From the sequence record SRR20825019_1762: a stretch of DNA of 20,000 nt; one strand, given 5' to 3'. The position numbers and the translations under genes were made by a program. Each line of letters opens with the position of its first letter. Within the stretch, counting starts at the first letter, position 1. A model generated the notes under the pieces. The model saw only the letters and a list, made by a program, of their open reading frames with translations. It did not search any database and was not told where the DNA came from. Positions 1 through 11,824 of this stretch are shown here, one piece after another.

Positions 1-576
1 CTGATGAATGGATGGAGAGGAATTTACAATGATCCCGAGCTGCCTTTTATCTATGCGCAGCTTCCCAATTTTGGTGATGTGACCTACTCCCCCACCGAGA
101 GCAACTGGGCCGAACTCAGGGAAGCACAACTAAAGGCGCTGGGCGGCCCCAGCACCGCAATGACCGTCAATATTGATTTAGGGGAATGGAACGATATCCA
201 CCCGGACAATAAAAAAGATGTAGGGGAGCGAATGGCTTTAGCAGCCAAAAAAATAGCGTATGGAGAAGATATCGTCTATTCAGGACCACTTTATCAATCT
301 TCTCAAATAAAAGATGATAAAATCATCATTTCCTTTTCACATATCGGGGGAGGATTGACCACTGATGATGGTGAGGCTCTTGATAGCTTTGAGATTGCCG
401 GTGAGGACAAAAACTTTGTTTGGGCCAAGGCAAAAATTGATGATGACAAAGTAATCGTTTGGAGTAATGAAGTTCCTAATCCAAAATATGTACGATACGC
501 ATGGGCCGACAATCCCGACAATCCGAATTTATACAACAAAGAAGGTCTTCCTGCATCACCCTTCAGAACTGAATAG
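1..576 (+). CDS. Sialate O-acetylesterase-like SGNH carbohydrate esterase (SASA domain; probable xylan acetylesterase), C-terminal part, 5' truncated by the window edge
   Basis: Frame is open from base 1. Family-typical motifs: WR...ELPFIYAQLPNF, WAELREAQ, DIHPDNKKDVGERMA and VRYAWADNP...LYNKEGLPASPFRT. Confidence 0.85.
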   Translation: MMNGWRGIYNDPELPFIYAQLPNFGDVTYSPTESNWAELREAQLKALGGPSTAMTVNIDLGEWNDIHPDNKKDVGERMALAAKKIAYGEDIVYSGPLYQSSQIKDDKIIISFSHIGGGLTTDDGEALDSFEIAGEDKNFVWAKAKIDDDKVIVWSNEVPNPKYVRYAWADNPDNPNLYNKEGLPASPFRTE

Positions 577-593
577 GTTACCTCAGCCAAGAC

Positions 594-628
594 AAAAAAA
601 GGGACATCAATAATGATTTCCTTTTTTT
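594..628. terminator. Bidirectional intrinsic terminator between the convergent esterase and GH43 genes
   Basis: AAAAAAAGGGACATCA-ATAA-TGATTTCCTTTTTTT: imperfect stem with a T-tract on each strand, between stops at 576 and 652. Confidence 0.7.
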
Positions 629-651
629 ATAAAGAATGCTGGAATTTTGCA

Positions 652-3511
<2,860 letters not shown>

Positions 3512-3528
3512 CTGTGATTCGTTTATGC

Positions 3529-4269
3529 TTAAAATCCAATACTGTTTCCACCATCAACGGGAAGTACTGTCCCCGTAACAAACTTGGACTCCTTGGAGCA
3601 CATGAAGAACACGGCATCCGCAATATCTTCTGGAAGTCCCATTTTTCCCATGGGTGTCCTTGAAAAAACCTTTTCTTTTCGTGGAGGGTCGGAGTCGAGT
3701 GCCTTCGCGGTCATTTTGGTCTCTATAAAGCCTGGGGCTATACAATTGGTCCTAATATTATATTGTGCCAAGTCTACGGCCATTGCCCGGGTCATACCCT
3801 CTATGGCGGTTTTGCTGGCCGAGTAGGCCACTACCTTGGGCATACCGTACTGTGCGGCCATAGAACTGATGTTTACAATGCTTCCACCACCTGTCTCTTT
3901 CATTTTTTTGACCACCTCTCTGCTAATTGCAAAAACACTGAAAAGATTGGTGCGGATTATGTTTTCAAATTCGGCATCCGTAACTTCGATAAACTCTTTC
4001 TTCATATTGATACCTGCATTGTTGACCAGTATATCAATTTGTCCTTCCTTATCGAAAATATGTTGGACCATTCCGGGAATTTCCTCCAAATTCGTCAAGT
4101 CAAAAATCAATGGTACGGCATTGCTCCCTATTTCCGCACAGGCATCTTCCGTACGCTCCTTGGTTCGACCAATAACATAGGTTTTTATCCCATTGTCGCA
4201 GAATTTCTTTGCTGTTGCGTATCCCAAGCCCGAGTTGCCTCCGGTTACTATGGCTATTTTTTTATCCAT
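3529..4269 (-). CDS. Classical SDR oxidoreductase (gluconate 5-dehydrogenase/KduD-like); candidate fructuronate reductase
   Basis: Motifs TGGNSGLG, NNAG, catalytic S...YSASK and VDGG. Lies between GH67 and uxuA. Confidence 0.85.
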   Translation of the reverse strand: MDKKIAIVTGGNSGLGYATAKKFCDNGIKTYVIGRTKERTEDACAEIGSNAVPLIFDLTNLEEIPGMVQHIFDKEGQIDILVNNAGINMKKEFIEVTDAEFENIIRTNLFSVFAISREVVKKMKETGGGSIVNISSMAAQYGMPKVVAYSASKTAIEGMTRAMAVDLAQYNIRTNCIAPGFIETKMTAKALDSDPPRKEKVFSRTPMGKMGLPEDIADAVFFMCSKESKFVTGTVLPVDGGNSIGF

Positions 4270-4290
4270 TAATATATGTGTTGGTGATTT

Positions 4291-6474
4291 TTAATCCCAT
4301 TGCGGCCGAATACCGGGGGCATATGGAAATTTCAAAGATTTATAATATTGCAATGTATTTTCCGGGGACTCCATTTCCTTTGGAAAATCCATTTTTGAGA
4401 ATGTTTGAAAATATAGCATACAGGCATCTCGCCACCATTTGGCTTCCTTTAGCTGTATACCCAATAACATACTTACCTGATTGAACCTGTATTCATCCAC
4501 GTAGGGTTTCATCGTTTCCCAAGTTGTTATCATTTCACGTACTTGGTCCACGCCCTCTTGGTATTTAATTCCTAAACCATCCCAAAGGGTTCTTCCGTTC
4601 TTAAGTTGGTAATCCCAGGGTAGGTGATGAAACCATAAGAGGTACTCCTCGGGACAAGTTTCCAGGTTACCGAACTTTTCTTCAAGCTCTGGCGCATATT
4701 GCGACAAGGCATCACTTCCTGTTTTGGTCCTGTCAAAACCAATACCTTCTTCATCTGCCTTATGATAGTACACAGGGTTCCATTCAGGACGCGAAAGGTT
4801 GTCCACCCAAGGTCCTGGGCCATAATGGTGACTTGTATCAAAAAGATGGTGCAATCCCAAAGGGTTCATGTAGTTGACCACAGCTTCTCTGGATTCCAAC
4901 AACATCTGTTTTACGGGCTTTAAAAAATCTTTGTCATTGCTAAAGGTACATCGTAGCCATTCATCTGCAATTTTTTCTGAACTCATAGAGGGGTTCCATG
5001 CCAATCTTCCGAAACCGTACCAATCTGCTTGGCCAAAAGGGTGTCCCGTCCAATTAGCGTCCGTTCCAATATTGGATACTCCGGCCATTCCCGTCAACCT
5101 TTTATTGCTTAAGGTTCCATCAACAACCTTGGCCACTGTAGATCCTTCTCCTTTTTGATACGTATCGCTTTCTAAAACTTCTTCAAAAAGTTTAGGCATA
5201 TAAACAAGGTGCGTGGCAAAGCCCAAATATTCCTTGGTTATCTGAAACTCCATCATTAATGGAGTGTTGGGCATGGCGCCGAACATGGGGTGAAAGGGCT
5301 CTCGAGGTTGAAAATCAATCGGCCCGTTTTTTACTTGAATCAACACATTGTCCGGATACTTGCCATCATCGGGCACAAACTCACTGTATGCTTGTTTTGC
5401 CCTGTCATCTGCATCGTGTTCGGAATAAACAAAAGCACGCCAAATTACCGTTCCTTGATAAGGAGCTAAGGCATCTGCCATCATTTTGGCCCCGTCTAAA
5501 TGAGTTCGCCCATAATTTTGGGGACCGGGCTGTCCTTCCGAGTTCGCCTTGACCAAAAAACCTCCAAAATCCGGGATACTTTTATAAATTTCTGCCGCCT
5601 TGTCCTTCCACCATTGGATTACTTGTGGGTCCAAGGGGTCAGCTGTTTTCAACCCTCCAATTTCCATAGGGGCCGAAAAACGGGCGGTGAGATACACTTT
5701 TACGCCATATGGACGAAATACTTGGGCAAGTGCCTTTACCTTTTCCAAATACTGCGGGGTTAAAATAAGGGCGTTGGCATTAACATTGGTCAATGCCGTA
5801 CCATTGACACCGATTGATGCATTCGCCCTAGCGTAGTCTATATAGCGTTGATCTATATAATCTGGAAGTGTTTGCCAATTCCAAATGGAGAATCCGGCAT
5901 AACCTCTTTCCACTGTTCTATCCAAGTTGTCCCAATGGTTCAACATGCGGATATCTACTTTTGGCGACTCTTCTAAATTCAAAGAAGCCAACGGTTGATG
6001 CATTTTCAGCATCCGCAGAAAATGAAAAGTTCCATAGAGCAATCCAATATCTTCCTTACCGGTAACAAGCACATAGGACCTTCCTCCTTTTTCGACATGC
6101 TTTATCATGTAACCTTCACCTCTGAGGTTATCGATATTGATATCTTCCTTAAAAACTCTGGGCAAACCAGCATATTTGGAAATGATCAATTGATTCTCCG
6201 AAGCCTGAAACGGTTTAAACCGTACTTCTGTTCCCAATAGGCCTCCCAATCCCATTTTCAGTTCCTTTTTTATAGCTCCCATGGTTTCACCGCCTTCCTC
6301 TACCAAAACACTTTGGAGTTGGTTTTGATAGGTTTTCAGCATGGACTCATCGGATATTTTGCTGTAATTCAACCATAGTCCATATCCATTGGACATAGCG
6401 AATGACATACTGCACAGCAGAACAAAAAAGCTAAAAAAAAATGCTGTTTTTAATTTGAAGGGGTGTTTCATCAT
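4291..6474 (-). CDS. aguA: GH67 alpha-glucuronidase with N-terminal signal peptide (start probably 6474/6471; 6507 possible)
   Basis: Motifs RMLNHWDNLDRTVERGYAG, DFGGFLVKANSEGQPGP, WRAFVY, KNGPIDFQPREP and EFQITKEYLG. Hydrophobic leader MKHPFKLKTAFFFSFFVLLCSMSFA. Confidence 0.95.
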   Translation of the reverse strand: MMKHPFKLKTAFFFSFFVLLCSMSFAMSNGYGLWLNYSKISDESMLKTYQNQLQSVLVEEGGETMGAIKKELKMGLGGLLGTEVRFKPFQASENQLIISKYAGLPRVFKEDINIDNLRGEGYMIKHVEKGGRSYVLVTGKEDIGLLYGTFHFLRMLKMHQPLASLNLEESPKVDIRMLNHWDNLDRTVERGYAGFSIWNWQTLPDYIDQRYIDYARANASIGVNGTALTNVNANALILTPQYLEKVKALAQVFRPYGVKVYLTARFSAPMEIGGLKTADPLDPQVIQWWKDKAAEIYKSIPDFGGFLVKANSEGQPGPQNYGRTHLDGAKMMADALAPYQGTVIWRAFVYSEHDADDRAKQAYSEFVPDDGKYPDNVLIQVKNGPIDFQPREPFHPMFGAMPNTPLMMEFQITKEYLGFATHLVYMPKLFEEVLESDTYQKGEGSTVAKVVDGTLSNKRLTGMAGVSNIGTDANWTGHPFGQADWYGFGRLAWNPSMSSEKIADEWLRCTFSNDKDFLKPVKQMLLESREAVVNYMNPLGLHHLFDTSHHYGPGPWVDNLSRPEWNPVYYHKADEEGIGFDRTKTGSDALSQYAPELEEKFGNLETCPEEYLLWFHHLPWDYQLKNGRTLWDGLGIKYQEGVDQVREMITTWETMKPYVDEYRFNQVSMLLGIQLKEAKWWRDACMLYFQTFSKMDFPKEMESPENTLQYYKSLKFPYAPGIRPQWD

Positions 6475-6511
6475 TTGGAAATTCTCAAAAAAAAATTGAT
6501 AAATCATTTAA

Positions 6512-6523
6512 TCAATCAATTGC
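6512..6523. promoter_or_regulatory. Degenerate LacI-type operator near the predicted GH67-operon transcription start
   Basis: TCAATCAATTGC, two mismatches to GCAATCGATTGC. Confidence 0.4.
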
Positions 6524-6528
6524 GCCCA

Positions 6529-6561
6529 GTAAAATAAGTGAAAAATTCATAGATTAACAAA
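6529..6561 (-). promoter_or_regulatory. Putative Bacteroidota sigma-70 promoter for the GH67-SDR-uxuA-GH43 operon
   Basis: Minus strand: -33 TTTG (6561-6558), 21-bp spacer, imperfect -7 TATTTTAC (6536-6529). Confidence 0.4.
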
Positions 6562-6570
6562 ATGTTTAAC

Positions 6571-6582
6571 GCAATCGATTGC
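6571..6582. promoter_or_regulatory. LacI-type operator (perfect palindrome) in the GH67/uxaC divergent region
   Basis: GCAATCGATTGC has the central CG typical of LacI-family sites and is repeated at 13070 and 15038. Confidence 0.75.
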
Positions 6583-6960
6583 AAAAATGAAAATTTTTAC
6601 GAAATTTGGAATCTATTTAAAGAAAAAATAATCCAGTCCGCTAAATTATGAAATCTTATAAGGTCCTTTTATCGCGTTCCCCGGCCTTTCCATCTGTTTC
6701 GTTGTGCAAAGAAAAAATAATCATGACCAATGCTAACGACCGTCAGGGCCATCCAGAAGGAATCAATCCAAATACTTCCGAAAATAGTACCTTCCCTTTA
6801 GCCCCCAATCTTTTACAGGTTATATGTAACCTGGACAAACAAGTTTTAACACCTGTAAAGTTTGAGGTATATTTTGATGATAGTAAACAACTAATTACGG
6901 ATTTAACGCAGAACCCTAAAACTATCGTCCTAAACTAAACCCTTACTTAGAAACCAACAC

Positions 6961-8391
6961 ATGAAAAAATTTATACATGATGATTTTTTGCTGGAAACGG
7001 ACTACGCCAAGGAGCTGTATCACAATTATGCAAAGAATCAACCTATCATAGATTTTCATTGCCATCTTCCGGCCAACGAAATTGCGGCAAATAGAAGCTT
7101 TACCAACATGACCCAGATTTGGGTAGAGGGCGATCATTACAAATGGAGGGCCATGAGAGCCTTGGGCATTGAGGAAAGATATATCACGGGCAATGCCACG
7201 GATGAGGAGAAATTCCAAAAATGGGCAGAAACAGTACCCTATGCACTTCGGAATCCGCTATATCATTGGACGCACATGGAACTAAGCCGATATTTTGAAA
7301 TGGATAAAATTTTAAGCCCTAAAACCGCCGACCAAATCTATGGGGCTTGTAATGAAAAACTGCGTTCCTCGGATTTTTCAACTCAAAATCTCCTTCGTAG
7401 GATGAACGTAGAGGTGGTCTGTACCACAGATGATCCGTTGGACAATCTATCCGACCATGCCAAGTTGGACAATTCAGATTTTTCCACCAAGGTTCTACCT
7501 ACTTTTAGGCCAGATGGACTCATTAATATTGAGAAACGCGGTTTTACGGATTACCTTAAGCGATTATCCGAAATCACGGAAATCGACGTTACAGATTTTG
7601 AATCCTTAAAGGAGGCCATTGGGCAGAGAATAGACTTTTTTCACGCACATGGATGCCGACTGTCGGACCATGGGCTGAGCCATGCCTTTGGCGAAACGTT
7701 TACTCCTGATGAAATCAATAGAATTATTCAGCTTAGCTTAAAGGGTAAAGCTATCTCCGGCAAAGAAGTGGCTCAATACAAATCGGCGGTGATGCATTCG
7801 CTGGGTGTGTTTTACGCAAAGAAAAATTGGGTAATGCAATTGCATTTGGGCCCCATAAGGGATAACAACCAAGCCGTTCTTTCCAAAATTGGCATCAATG
7901 CCGGGGTAGACAGTATTGGAGATTATCAGCAGGCTGAGCAATTGGCCAGTTTCTTGAATCAACTAAACAACAGTGATAGTCTTCCAAAGACAATTTTATA
8001 CAACTCCAATCCTTCGGACAATGAGGTTTTTGCCACCATGGCCGGTAATTTTACCGGAGAGGGCATTAAAAGTAAAGTGCAGTTCGGGGCTGCTTGGTGG
8101 TTTTTGGACCAAAAAGATGGAATTGAAGATCAACTGGACATTCTTTCCAACATGGGATTGCTCAGTTGTTCTGTGGGCATGCTTACGGACAGCAGAAGTT
8201 TTCTCTCCTTTCCGCGGCACGAATACTACAGAAGGATATTGTGTAACTTGCTCGGTAACGACCTTAAATCTGGATTGCTACCGAATGACATGGAATGGAT
8301 AGGACAAATTATTAAAGACATAACATATAACAACGCCAAAGCATTTTTTCAATTCCCCAGCGTAGTGAAAAAAGAAGGCGTAAAAGCATAA
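6961..8391 (+). CDS. uxaC: Uronate (glucuronate) isomerase
   Basis: Motifs PIIDFHCHL, GDHYKWRAMR, NPLYHWTHMEL, CTTDDP, QFGAAWWFLDQ and GMLTDSRSFLSFPRHEYYRR. Confidence 0.96.
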   Translation: MKKFIHDDFLLETDYAKELYHNYAKNQPIIDFHCHLPANEIAANRSFTNMTQIWVEGDHYKWRAMRALGIEERYITGNATDEEKFQKWAETVPYALRNPLYHWTHMELSRYFEMDKILSPKTADQIYGACNEKLRSSDFSTQNLLRRMNVEVVCTTDDPLDNLSDHAKLDNSDFSTKVLPTFRPDGLINIEKRGFTDYLKRLSEITEIDVTDFESLKEAIGQRIDFFHAHGCRLSDHGLSHAFGETFTPDEINRIIQLSLKGKAISGKEVAQYKSAVMHSLGVFYAKKNWVMQLHLGPIRDNNQAVLSKIGINAGVDSIGDYQQAEQLASFLNQLNNSDSLPKTILYNSNPSDNEVFATMAGNFTGEGIKSKVQFGAAWWFLDQKDGIEDQLDILSNMGLLSCSVGMLTDSRSFLSFPRHEYYRRILCNLLGNDLKSGLLPNDMEWIGQIIKDITYNNAKAFFQFPSVVKKEGVKA

Positions 8392-8429
8392 GGGACGCAT
8401 AACCCCTTAACTAAACAAACATATTGCAC

Positions 8430-9101
8430 ATGAAAAAACACACCCGGCTTGAGGTTTTTAAGACTATGGGAGACACGGGGTTTGTTCCCTTGTTCTATAA
8501 TTCCGACCCCAAAATGGTACAACAAGTGGTGAAAGCTTGTTATGATGGGGGCGCTAGATTATTTGAGTTTACCCACAGAGGAGAAAACGCCGAACAGGTA
8601 TTTTCCGAACTGATCATCTTCTGCAACAAAGAATGTCCCGATATGATTTTGGGCGTAGGCTCCGTTACCGATGCCGCGACAGCATCCAATTTCATAAATA
8701 TGGGGGCCTCTTTTGTGGTTACGCCGGTGCTCCGGGAAGATATTGCCATTGTATGCAATCGCAAAAAGATTTTCTGGTCCCCGGGTTGTGGCACCCTTAC
8801 CGAAATTGCCCGGGCCGAGGAACTGGGATGTGAAGTGGTTAAATTATTTCCAGCAGAAGTGTATGGCCCAGAATTTATCAAGGCCGTGAAGGGACCTCAG
8901 CCATGGACCAATATAATGCCCACAGGTGGGGTGGATACCACTCGCGAAAATTTGGCCGCCTGGTTTGAGGCGGGGGCCACATGCGTGGGAATGGGTTCCA
9001 AGTTAATAGACAAAAAAGCTTTGGTGGAGGGCAATTTTGATTTGATTACCCAAAAGGTAAAAGATGTCATAAAAATCATCCAAGAGATAAAATCGGCATG
9101 A
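8430..9101 (+). CDS. eda: KDPG/KHG aldolase
   Basis: Motifs FEFTHRG, GVGSV, PGCGTLTEI, VKLFPA (Schiff-base Lys) and MPTGGV. ATG at 8430 preferred over TTG at 8424. Confidence 0.92.
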   Translation: MKKHTRLEVFKTMGDTGFVPLFYNSDPKMVQQVVKACYDGGARLFEFTHRGENAEQVFSELIIFCNKECPDMILGVGSVTDAATASNFINMGASFVVTPVLREDIAIVCNRKKIFWSPGCGTLTEIARAEELGCEVVKLFPAEVYGPEFIKAVKGPQPWTNIMPTGGVDTTRENLAAWFEAGATCVGMGSKLIDKKALVEGNFDLITQKVKDVIKIIQEIKSA

Positions 9102-10072
9102 AGACCTGGTTTTTCCTCTTTTCCGCTATTTTTCTTTTGAGCTGCAAGCCAGACAAAGAAAATGTAAACTCTATTAAATTGGCCCATAGCCTTGGGGTAA
9201 GCCATCCTGTTCACGAAGCCATGGTGTTCATGGCCGATTTGGTCTCAAAAAAATCGGAAGGCAAACTCAAAATTGAAATATACCCGAGTAGCCAATTGGG
9301 TTCCGAAAAACAATCTTTGGAACTTCTCCAAATAGGTAGTTTGGGCATGACCAAGGTATCTGCTGCGGTAATGGAAAACTTTTCACCCGACCTTAAAGTA
9401 TTAGGCTATCCTTACTTATTTAAAGATGATGAACATCGTTTTAAAATTTACGATGGCGAAATCGGAAAAAAACTTCTTTCCGGTTCGGAGCAATTTTGGT
9501 TAAAGGGATTGACCTACTTTGATGCAGGAAACCGGTCATTCTATACCAAGGACACCCCTATTGAAAGTCCAAAAGACTTGGAAGGGCTTAAATTACGGGT
9601 AATGCAAAGCCCCACTGCTATAGAAATGGTGAAGAGTTTTGGCGGGTCCCCTACCCCTATTTCTTGGGCCGAGCTATACACTTCCTTGCAACAAGGCGTG
9701 GTGGATGGTGCGGAGAACAATCTTCCCAGCTTTTATACCTCCAAACATTACGAGGTCTGTAAATATTTTTCCCAAAATGAACATACCTCCATTCCTGATA
9801 TTTTAGTCATAGGTACATTGACATGGAACAAATTAAACCAACAGGAAAAAGATTGGTTAATGGAAGCCGTGGAAGAAGCTACCGCTTTACAGCGAAAATT
9901 ATGGGAAGACGCGGAACGTGAAGCATTAATGGAAATTGAAAAGGCGGGGGTCCAGGTTGTACATCCCGATAAGTCACTTTTTGAGGAAAAAGCAAAACCC
10001 ATGCTTCAATCGCTGAAAGAAAAAAATGGGCATTTGTATGAACTGATGCAAGAAATAAAAAACGCTAACTAA
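9098..10072 (+). CDS. dctP: TRAP transporter substrate-binding lipoprotein (DctP family)
   Basis: Lipobox LLSC; motifs IYPSSQLG, DLEGLKLRVM (carboxylate-binding Arg) and ELYTSLQQGVVDGAEN. Confidence 0.92.
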   Translation: MKTWFFLFSAIFLLSCKPDKENVNSIKLAHSLGVSHPVHEAMVFMADLVSKKSEGKLKIEIYPSSQLGSEKQSLELLQIGSLGMTKVSAAVMENFSPDLKVLGYPYLFKDDEHRFKIYDGEIGKKLLSGSEQFWLKGLTYFDAGNRSFYTKDTPIESPKDLEGLKLRVMQSPTAIEMVKSFGGSPTPISWAELYTSLQQGVVDGAENNLPSFYTSKHYEVCKYFSQNEHTSIPDILVIGTLTWNKLNQQEKDWLMEAVEEATALQRKLWEDAEREALMEIEKAGVQVVHPDKSLFEEKAKPMLQSLKEKNGHLYELMQEIKNAN

Positions 10073-10548
10073 TGAAAGACCATGTCGACACTTTTTTAGA
10101 ATGGGCCATGGCTTTTTTATTGGGTGCTATGGTTTTGGATGTGTTTTGGGGCGTAGTTACCCGGTATCTTTTGGAAAGCCAGAGCTCTTGGACAGACGAA
10201 CTGGCTCGTTTTTTACTGGTATGGCTCAGTATTTTGGGTGCTGCCTACGCTTCGGGCAAAAAGTTACATATAGCAATTGACCTCTTACCACAATACCTTA
10301 ATCAAAAACAGCAAAACCACTTGGATATCGTTATCCATTTACTTGTACTATTATTTACTGTAGCTGTTTTTTTGATCGGTGGCATTAGGTACGTCTATAT
10401 CTCATTTGCGCTGGGACAAACTTCCCCTGCCCTACAAGTGCCCATTGGTTTTGTTTATATGGTACTACCCATATCCGGAGCGTTTATCCTGTATTATAAA
10501 CTATCCGAACTTTTTATCAGCCTAAAAAAATTGAATAATGGAAATTAG
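10072..10548 (+). CDS. dctQ: TRAP transporter small permease
   Basis: Four hydrophobic segments; motifs V.TRY...SSWTDELAR and HIAID. Confidence 0.92.
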   Translation: MKDHVDTFLEWAMAFLLGAMVLDVFWGVVTRYLLESQSSWTDELARFLLVWLSILGAAYASGKKLHIAIDLLPQYLNQKQQNHLDIVIHLLVLLFTVAVFLIGGIRYVYISFALGQTSPALQVPIGFVYMVLPISGAFILYYKLSELFISLKKLNNGN

Positions 10549-11824
10549 CATCCTAATCCTTAGTTTTCTCCTTTTGATTTCCATTCGCGTTCCCGTAGCG
10601 TGGGCTTTGGGGATTTCCTCCCTACTGACTTTACTGGTAAGTGTAGATACTTTTCCTGCAGTTACCACCATTGCCCAAAGATTGGTAACTGGGTTGGACA
10701 GTTTTTCCATCTTGGCCATACCATTCTTTATTTTGGCGGGCCATATTATGAACAAAGGGGGCATTGCCGAACGCTTGATCGCTTTTGCCAAAAGCTTGGT
10801 CGGTGCGCTCCCAGGAGGGTTGGCCCATGTGAACATTGTTGCGGCCATGCTGTTCGGGGCCATTGCAGGGTCCGCCGGAGCTGCTGCAGCGGCCATTGGA
10901 GGGTTTATGTCGGAAAAAATGGAAGAATCTGGATACGACAAAGGATTTGGGGTAGCAGTCAATGTAACTTCTGCCACTACCGGACTGGTAATTCCACCCA
11001 GTAATATTTTTATCATTTACTCAGTCGCCAGTGGCGGAGTCAGTATTGGTGCCTTGTTTTTGGCAGGATATCTTCCAGGCATCATCACCGGAATATTCCT
11101 CATGATCGTTGCCTACGTATGGGCCAAAAGAAAAGGATACCCAACCGCGGACCGAAGTTCCTTAAAAATGATTTTCACCACTTTTTTAAATGCTCTGCCC
11201 AGTCTGTTTCTTTTGATTGTGGTCATCGGTGGTATTGTGGCAGGAGTATTTACAGCAACCGAAGCATCTTCGGTAGCAGTCATTTATTGTTTGGTACTGG
11301 CCATGATATACAAAGAAATCTCGATGAAGGATATTCGCCCGATCTTGGTAGAGTCATCTTCTACCATCGCCATAGTCATGTTGCTGATCGCTGTTTCCAT
11401 TGCCATGTCCTGGGTGCTTTCTTATGAAAACATTCCGCAAGCGGTTACACAGGCCCTTTTAAGCTTGAGCGATAATAAAATCATGGTAATCATCTTGATC
11501 AATATAATTTTATTGATTGTGGGCATTTTTATGGACATGACTCCTGCGGTATTGATATTCACTCCCATATTTTTGCCTGTGGTAATAGAGCTGGGCATAG
11601 ATCCTGTCCATTTTGGAATTATAATGGTATTGAACCTTTGTATTGGTCTATGTACGCCGCCGGTCGGGGCTGTATTATTCATTGGTGTAGGGGTGGCCAA
11701 AACAACGATTCAAAAAGTTGTGCTTCCACTAATGCCTTTATTTTTGGCCATGATTTTGGCCTTGATTTTGGTAAGTATATTTCCTGAAATCAGCCTGTGG
11801 CTTCCTAGATTATTCGGACTCTAA
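10538..11824 (+). CDS. dctM: TRAP transporter large permease
   Basis: Motifs LAIPFFILAG.IM, IPPS, FTATEA, GIDPVHFG and GLCTPPVG. Confidence 0.94.
   Translation: MEISILILSFLLLISIRVPVAWALGISSLLTLLVSVDTFPAVTTIAQRLVTGLDSFSILAIPFFILAGHIMNKGGIAERLIAFAKSLVGALPGGLAHVNIVAAMLFGAIAGSAGAAAAAIGGFMSEKMEESGYDKGFGVAVNVTSATTGLVIPPSNIFIIYSVASGGVSIGALFLAGYLPGIITGIFLMIVAYVWAKRKGYPTADRSSLKMIFTTFLNALPSLFLLIVVIGGIVAGVFTATEASSVAVIYCLVLAMIYKEISMKDIRPILVESSSTIAIVMLLIAVSIAMSWVLSYENIPQAVTQALLSLSDNKIMVIILINIILLIVGIFMDMTPAVLIFTPIFLPVVIELGIDPVHFGIIMVLNLCIGLCTPPVGAVLFIGVGVAKTTIQKVVLPLMPLFLAMILALILVSIFPEISLWLPRLFGL

Noticed and set aside
6433..6495. Two A9 tracts (6433-6441, 6487-6495) at the GH67 5' end as phase-variable repeats
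   Set aside because: Such tracts are common in AT-rich, Phe-rich leader regions, and the reading frame is intact.
6648..6938. Stand-alone 96-aa ORF in the GH67/uxaC intergenic region
   Set aside because: It has no recognisable domain, signal or motif and overlaps probable regulatory DNA. A small protein cannot be excluded without ribosome profiling or conservation data.
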